The notes under the pieces were generated by a model that saw only the letters and a list, made by a program, of their open reading frames with translations, had not been told where the DNA came from and did not search any database. A stretch of 64,000 bases of DNA from Rhynchopus sp. YZ270_cl-10. Taxonomy: Eukaryota. A program made the position numbers and the translations under genes. This document shows positions 60,286-64,000 of this stretch, piece by piece (the stretch's first letter is position 1; each line of letters opens with the position of its first letter). The stretch spans positions 1,922,001 through 1,986,000 of the forward strand of contig OZ037839.1 in NCBI GenBank assembly GCA_964035575.1, read 5' to 3'.

Positions 60286-61654
60286 TAATTTCGACGATTT
60301 GAGGCCATTAAAAGGCACTTTTGAGCATCTAGGGGGGTCTAAAACGCGGTTCCGCGAACCCAAAATTTCGTGATTTTTACCACAGACAAGTCGATTTTTG
60401 AAAAAATCATAGTGGAGTTCATCCAAGTTTTCAAAAAAAAAAAAAAATAGGGCAGCAGTCTTCGGACAGGTGCGTAGCGACACCTCCCTTGCGAGCTCAC
60501 AGAAGCTAAGTCGTTCATAATTTTTGTGTTGACAGGTCTAGGTTTTAGTTTTTGAAAAGACAAGTAGAGCGCAAAGACTGTTTGATAATAGCAACAGTGG
60601 TTAAAACTCTTTACATCTCGGAGGGTTTGCACTGACGATGTCCCCCTCTGATACTACCAATGTATGCAGTTAGGACTGAAACATGATGTACTGAATTTCT
60701 AACCAACTACTTTATTTTCTCACGTGACCCCTTTAACCCACCCTATCCCCCAAACTTTGATGATGCAACTTTTGTGTATATTACAGCACTCGAATGCATA
60801 AACAACAAATAAAAGCGACTTTCCAGAGTTGAGGACGACCTCCGTCTATATCTTTTAAGTACAATAGCCTTCGGGCGACATTGAGTACAGATCCTGCATT
60901 AGCAGGTGATTGTCGACACAACAAAAATCCCAATTTTTTTTTTCACAATTTTCACAAGTTTTTGAGGCCTGCTCACTACACCCTAGGTACCCTTCTGGGA
61001 CCAAAAAGTCAAAAAAAGCAAGAATTAGGCGGTTTTGAGCATCTAGAGTTTATTCCCCGGCCATTTTCTGTACCACCAGTGCATTTTGTATGGGCCAGCG
61101 CCTGGTCAAAAAATCGAAAAATCGAAAAAAAAAATTTTTTTTCTTCGGACCCCTGAGTTGGGTTTTTGGGCACCAAAAAGTGCAAAAAAAACGCAAAATT
61201 TTGGTGTTTTGACCCTTCGGAAGCGCCCAAAAACGTACTTTTGTGTACAAAAACACGCATATTAGTAGGTCATAAAATGGCCCAAAGAATCCAAAGAAAA
61301 CCTCAGAAATAGATGTTCGCGAAAAAAATTCGCAAGTCAAACTTCAGCCACAATACGGTCATTTTGTGCATACCCTGTGACTGTGGTGGCTAGAGAACAC
61401 GCACATGCAGACCCGTTCCTTGCAATTTCCAGTGTTGTGTTTATCAATGCATGCATCCAGAGGACCTCTGGTTTACGAAATCGTAGGCACTCCTGTGCAA
61501 AAATGAAGTCGGTTTTTGACCCAAAATCGGGGTGGGTGGGCCATAATTTGCTCCAAATTTGGCCGAAAATTGGGATTTTTCTGAAAATTTCATTGTGCCC
61601 AGCAAAAATCCTTGATTTTTTGAAGAATTTTCCAAAAAATATGCTATACCCCCT

Positions 61655-62161
61655 GGGGCCATAGATGGTAGTCGGGCCGAGTCGGGCCGACTCGGGCCGA
61701 CCACTTTTCGTTATTTTTTTTTTCAAAAATTTTTTTTTCAGAGTCGGCCCGAGTCGAAAAAAGTCGGCCCGACTCAAAAAAAAGTCGGCCCGAGTCGGCC
61801 CGAGTCGAATTTTTTTTTGGTTTTTTTTTTTTGATTTTTTTTTGTTTTGTTTTGTTTTTTTTTTGGTTTTTTTTTTTTTGGAAAAGATTTTACTGTGGGG
61901 GGGGGCCGACGGGACCCGAGTCGGGCCGACTCGGCCCGACTCGGGCTGACTCGGGCTGACTCGGGCCGACTCGGGCCGACTCGGGCCGAGTTTTTTTTTC
62001 GACTCGGGCCGACTTTTTTTTTTTAAAAAATTTTTTTTTCGACTCGGCCCGAGTCGGCCCGACTTTTGAAAAAAAAAAAAAAAAAAAAAAAAAAGTCGGC
62101 CCGAGTCCCAGATTTTCCAAAAACTCGGCCCGACTCGGGCCGACTACCATCTATGACCCCC
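61655..62161. mobile_element. GG-ended MITE (family U)
   Basis: GGGG(C/T)CATAGATGGTAGTCGG TIR; dense GACTCGGGCC/GGCCCGAGTC repeats. Confidence 0.85.
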
Positions 62162-62595
62162 TATGACTGGACCCAACTCCCCTCACTATTTTTTCTCTAA
62201 AAAAGCCCCCAAAATTCCTACCATTTTTACCATTTTTACCATTTTTGACCAATTTAGGGTACCTCCTTTTACCATTTTTACCATTTTTGACCAATTTAGG
62301 GTACCTCCAATTGCCCCAAAAAAGTTCAGACTTGCCCTAAAAGTGTTTTTAGGGCAAGTCTGAACTTATTTGGGGCAAGTCTGAACTTTTTCAAAATAGG
62401 GTAGGGTAAATCTGACTATTCCCCCTTTTTTTTTGATTTTTTGGGGTAAAAATTTCTGATGAAAATTTCTGGCCATAGCAAAGTGCCGCATGTCTGCGTA
62501 CGGTTACAGAGCAACTAGTTGGCGATTCCGTGGGGGGAGTTGGGCTCCCTGTTTCTTCCCTGATCCCACAACCACAAACAGAGAAAGACACAAAA

Positions 62596-63648
62596 ATGGA
62601 TGTGACGATACAGGGGTATGCTGAAACGGAGCATGTGATCGAGGTGGGTGAGGATGACACAACGGAGGCCCTGCGTCGGAAGGTGGCGACAGCAACGGGG
62701 TTGGACAAAGACAGCTTTCACATGGGCTTCGGCGGGAAGGAGGAAGGAGAGGACATCACAGAACTGAGTGCTGGGGACAAAGTAGTACTGACGAAAACGA
62801 CGAAATACGAGGCCATATCAGCACTTCATGCACTGGGTGAGACCGACATCACAGATGAAAGGTTGAAGAAGGTGACCGATCCGAAGGTGGCTTCCTTGCT
62901 TCTGCAGGCAGAAGTTGTGACTGCGATCCCAGATGGCTTCTTCGAGGGAAGTGCAGTAACGTGCATTGGTTCCAGTTGCGTGTCGATTGTGGATGACATT
63001 CGTGACACTTCCCTTCCTCACTGCGACACCATACTGGACCTACCAAGGTTGCCCTTCGTCACCGCGATTGGGCACCGGTTCCTAGCTGGCTGTACAATGT
63101 TGTCGACTGTTGACTTCACAGGCATGCAAGCAGTCACTTCGATCGGGGACGACTTCTTACGTAATTGCACGACGTTGTCGACTGTTGATTTCACAGGCAT
63201 GCAAGCAGTCACTTCGATCGGGAACTGCTTCTTATACAATTGCACGAAGTTGTCGACTGTTGACCTCACAGGCATGCAAGCAGTCACTTTGATCGGGAAC
63301 TGCTTCCTAGATGGTTGCAAGAAGTTGTCGACTGTTGACCTCACAGGCATGCAATCAGTCACTTCGATCGGGAACTGCTTCCTATATGGTTGCACGAAGT
63401 TGTCGACTGTTGACCTCACAGGCATGCAAGCAGTCACTTCGATCGGGGACGACTTCTTACGCAATTGCACGACGTTGTCGACTGTTGATTTCGCAGGTAT
63501 GATAGCAGTCACTTCGATCGGGAGCTACTTTCTAGATGGTTGCACGACGTTGTCGACTGTTGACCTCACAGGCATGAAAGCACTCACTTCGATCGGAAAC
63601 TTTGGGCTGGGGAGCCGACAGCCGCGCCGAGTGCAGCTGCCTAAGTAA
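62596..63648 (+). CDS. Ubiquitin-like domain + BspA/TpLRR-type leucine-rich repeat protein
   Basis: First ATG at 62596; N-terminus homologous to the 3849 gene (SFHMGFGGKEEGEDITELSAGD); ~7 tandem 26-aa (78-bp) LRRs. Confidence 0.9.
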   Translation: MDVTIQGYAETEHVIEVGEDDTTEALRRKVATATGLDKDSFHMGFGGKEEGEDITELSAGDKVVLTKTTKYEAISALHALGETDITDERLKKVTDPKVASLLLQAEVVTAIPDGFFEGSAVTCIGSSCVSIVDDIRDTSLPHCDTILDLPRLPFVTAIGHRFLAGCTMLSTVDFTGMQAVTSIGDDFLRNCTTLSTVDFTGMQAVTSIGNCFLYNCTKLSTVDLTGMQAVTLIGNCFLDGCKKLSTVDLTGMQSVTSIGNCFLYGCTKLSTVDLTGMQAVTSIGDDFLRNCTTLSTVDFAGMIAVTSIGSYFLDGCTTLSTVDLTGMKALTSIGNFGLGSRQPRRVQLPK

Positions 63649-64000
63649 GGGTCCCTTTTCAGCTTTTGAAATAATAAAAGACATAAGATCTTTTGTCTTT
63701 GCCCCTACCAAAAATATGAAACTGGAGATGTTTTTTTATGGCACAGTTTTGCATCCTCGCGCGCGTACACTGATACAACCAAGCATGTTGTTGTTTTGTA
63801 CCAAGTTAAAACAAATGCTTTGCGGGAAATGATTTAATGTCTTTTTGTTTTTCGGGGACATGACACTTGCGACACGTGTTTGTAAGAAATTTTTTTGGTA
63901 TACGCGAAGACTGGCGAATTCTCGTGCTCCTCACTTCTCGCCCTAAGACCGTTTGGTCTGGGAGGGTTTGGGGTTTTTCTTGCTCTCAGTTCACTCTTGA

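Larger units (their letters stand above)
59105..62308. mobile_element. GG-ended element with 3-bp TSD (family J), inserted in the right arm of K
   Basis: GGAGGTACCCTAA...TTAGGGTACCTCC; AAT on both sides; removing it restores a K-arm unit (AAGTTCAGAATTGCCC). Confidence 0.75.
55759..62425. mobile_element. Long-TIR composite element (family K, MULE-like) hosting nested insertions
   Basis: GGGGAATA(A/G)TCAGATTTACCCTACCCTATTTTGAAAAAGTTCAGACTTGCCC at both ends (inverted); T9-10 on both flanks; right arm split at 59101/62312. Confidence 0.78.

Noticed and set aside
1..64000. Autonomous transposase, RT, integrase, HUH/Rep or Fanzor/TnpB gene
   Set aside because: No ORF with the corresponding catalytic motifs is visible; the mobilising enzymes must be encoded elsewhere

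Overview
Eukaryotic, very repeat-rich genomic DNA, probably from a euglenozoan protist such as a diplonemid or kinetoplastid. This is an inference from a spliced-leader-like relic at 49982-49995, co-directional apparently intronless genes, and C/A-rich tracts ending in CAG upstream of the start codons. Seven repeat-protein genes lie on the + strand: three ubiquitin-like (Ubl)-LRR genes (one frameshifted), three Ubl-WD40 genes and one ankyrin gene; an LRR relic is also present. Between them are more than 25 non-autonomous TIR elements (hAT-like with 8-bp TSDs, Tc1/pogo-like with TA TSDs, GG-ended fold-backs), often chained or nested, two satellites, and at least eight families of 45-145 bp dispersed repeats (most hairpin-forming) in A/T tracts. 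The most striking structure is a 666-bp insert (49984-50649) in one arm of a palindromic element. It has a TSD, starts with the 3' end of a spliced leader, and carries a 175-aa ORF bracketed by two GTGGAG...CTACAC hairpins; the 3' hairpin also occurs alone as a dispersed micro-retroposon. No intact transposase or reverse transcriptase was found. All calls were made by eye; no database searches were run.
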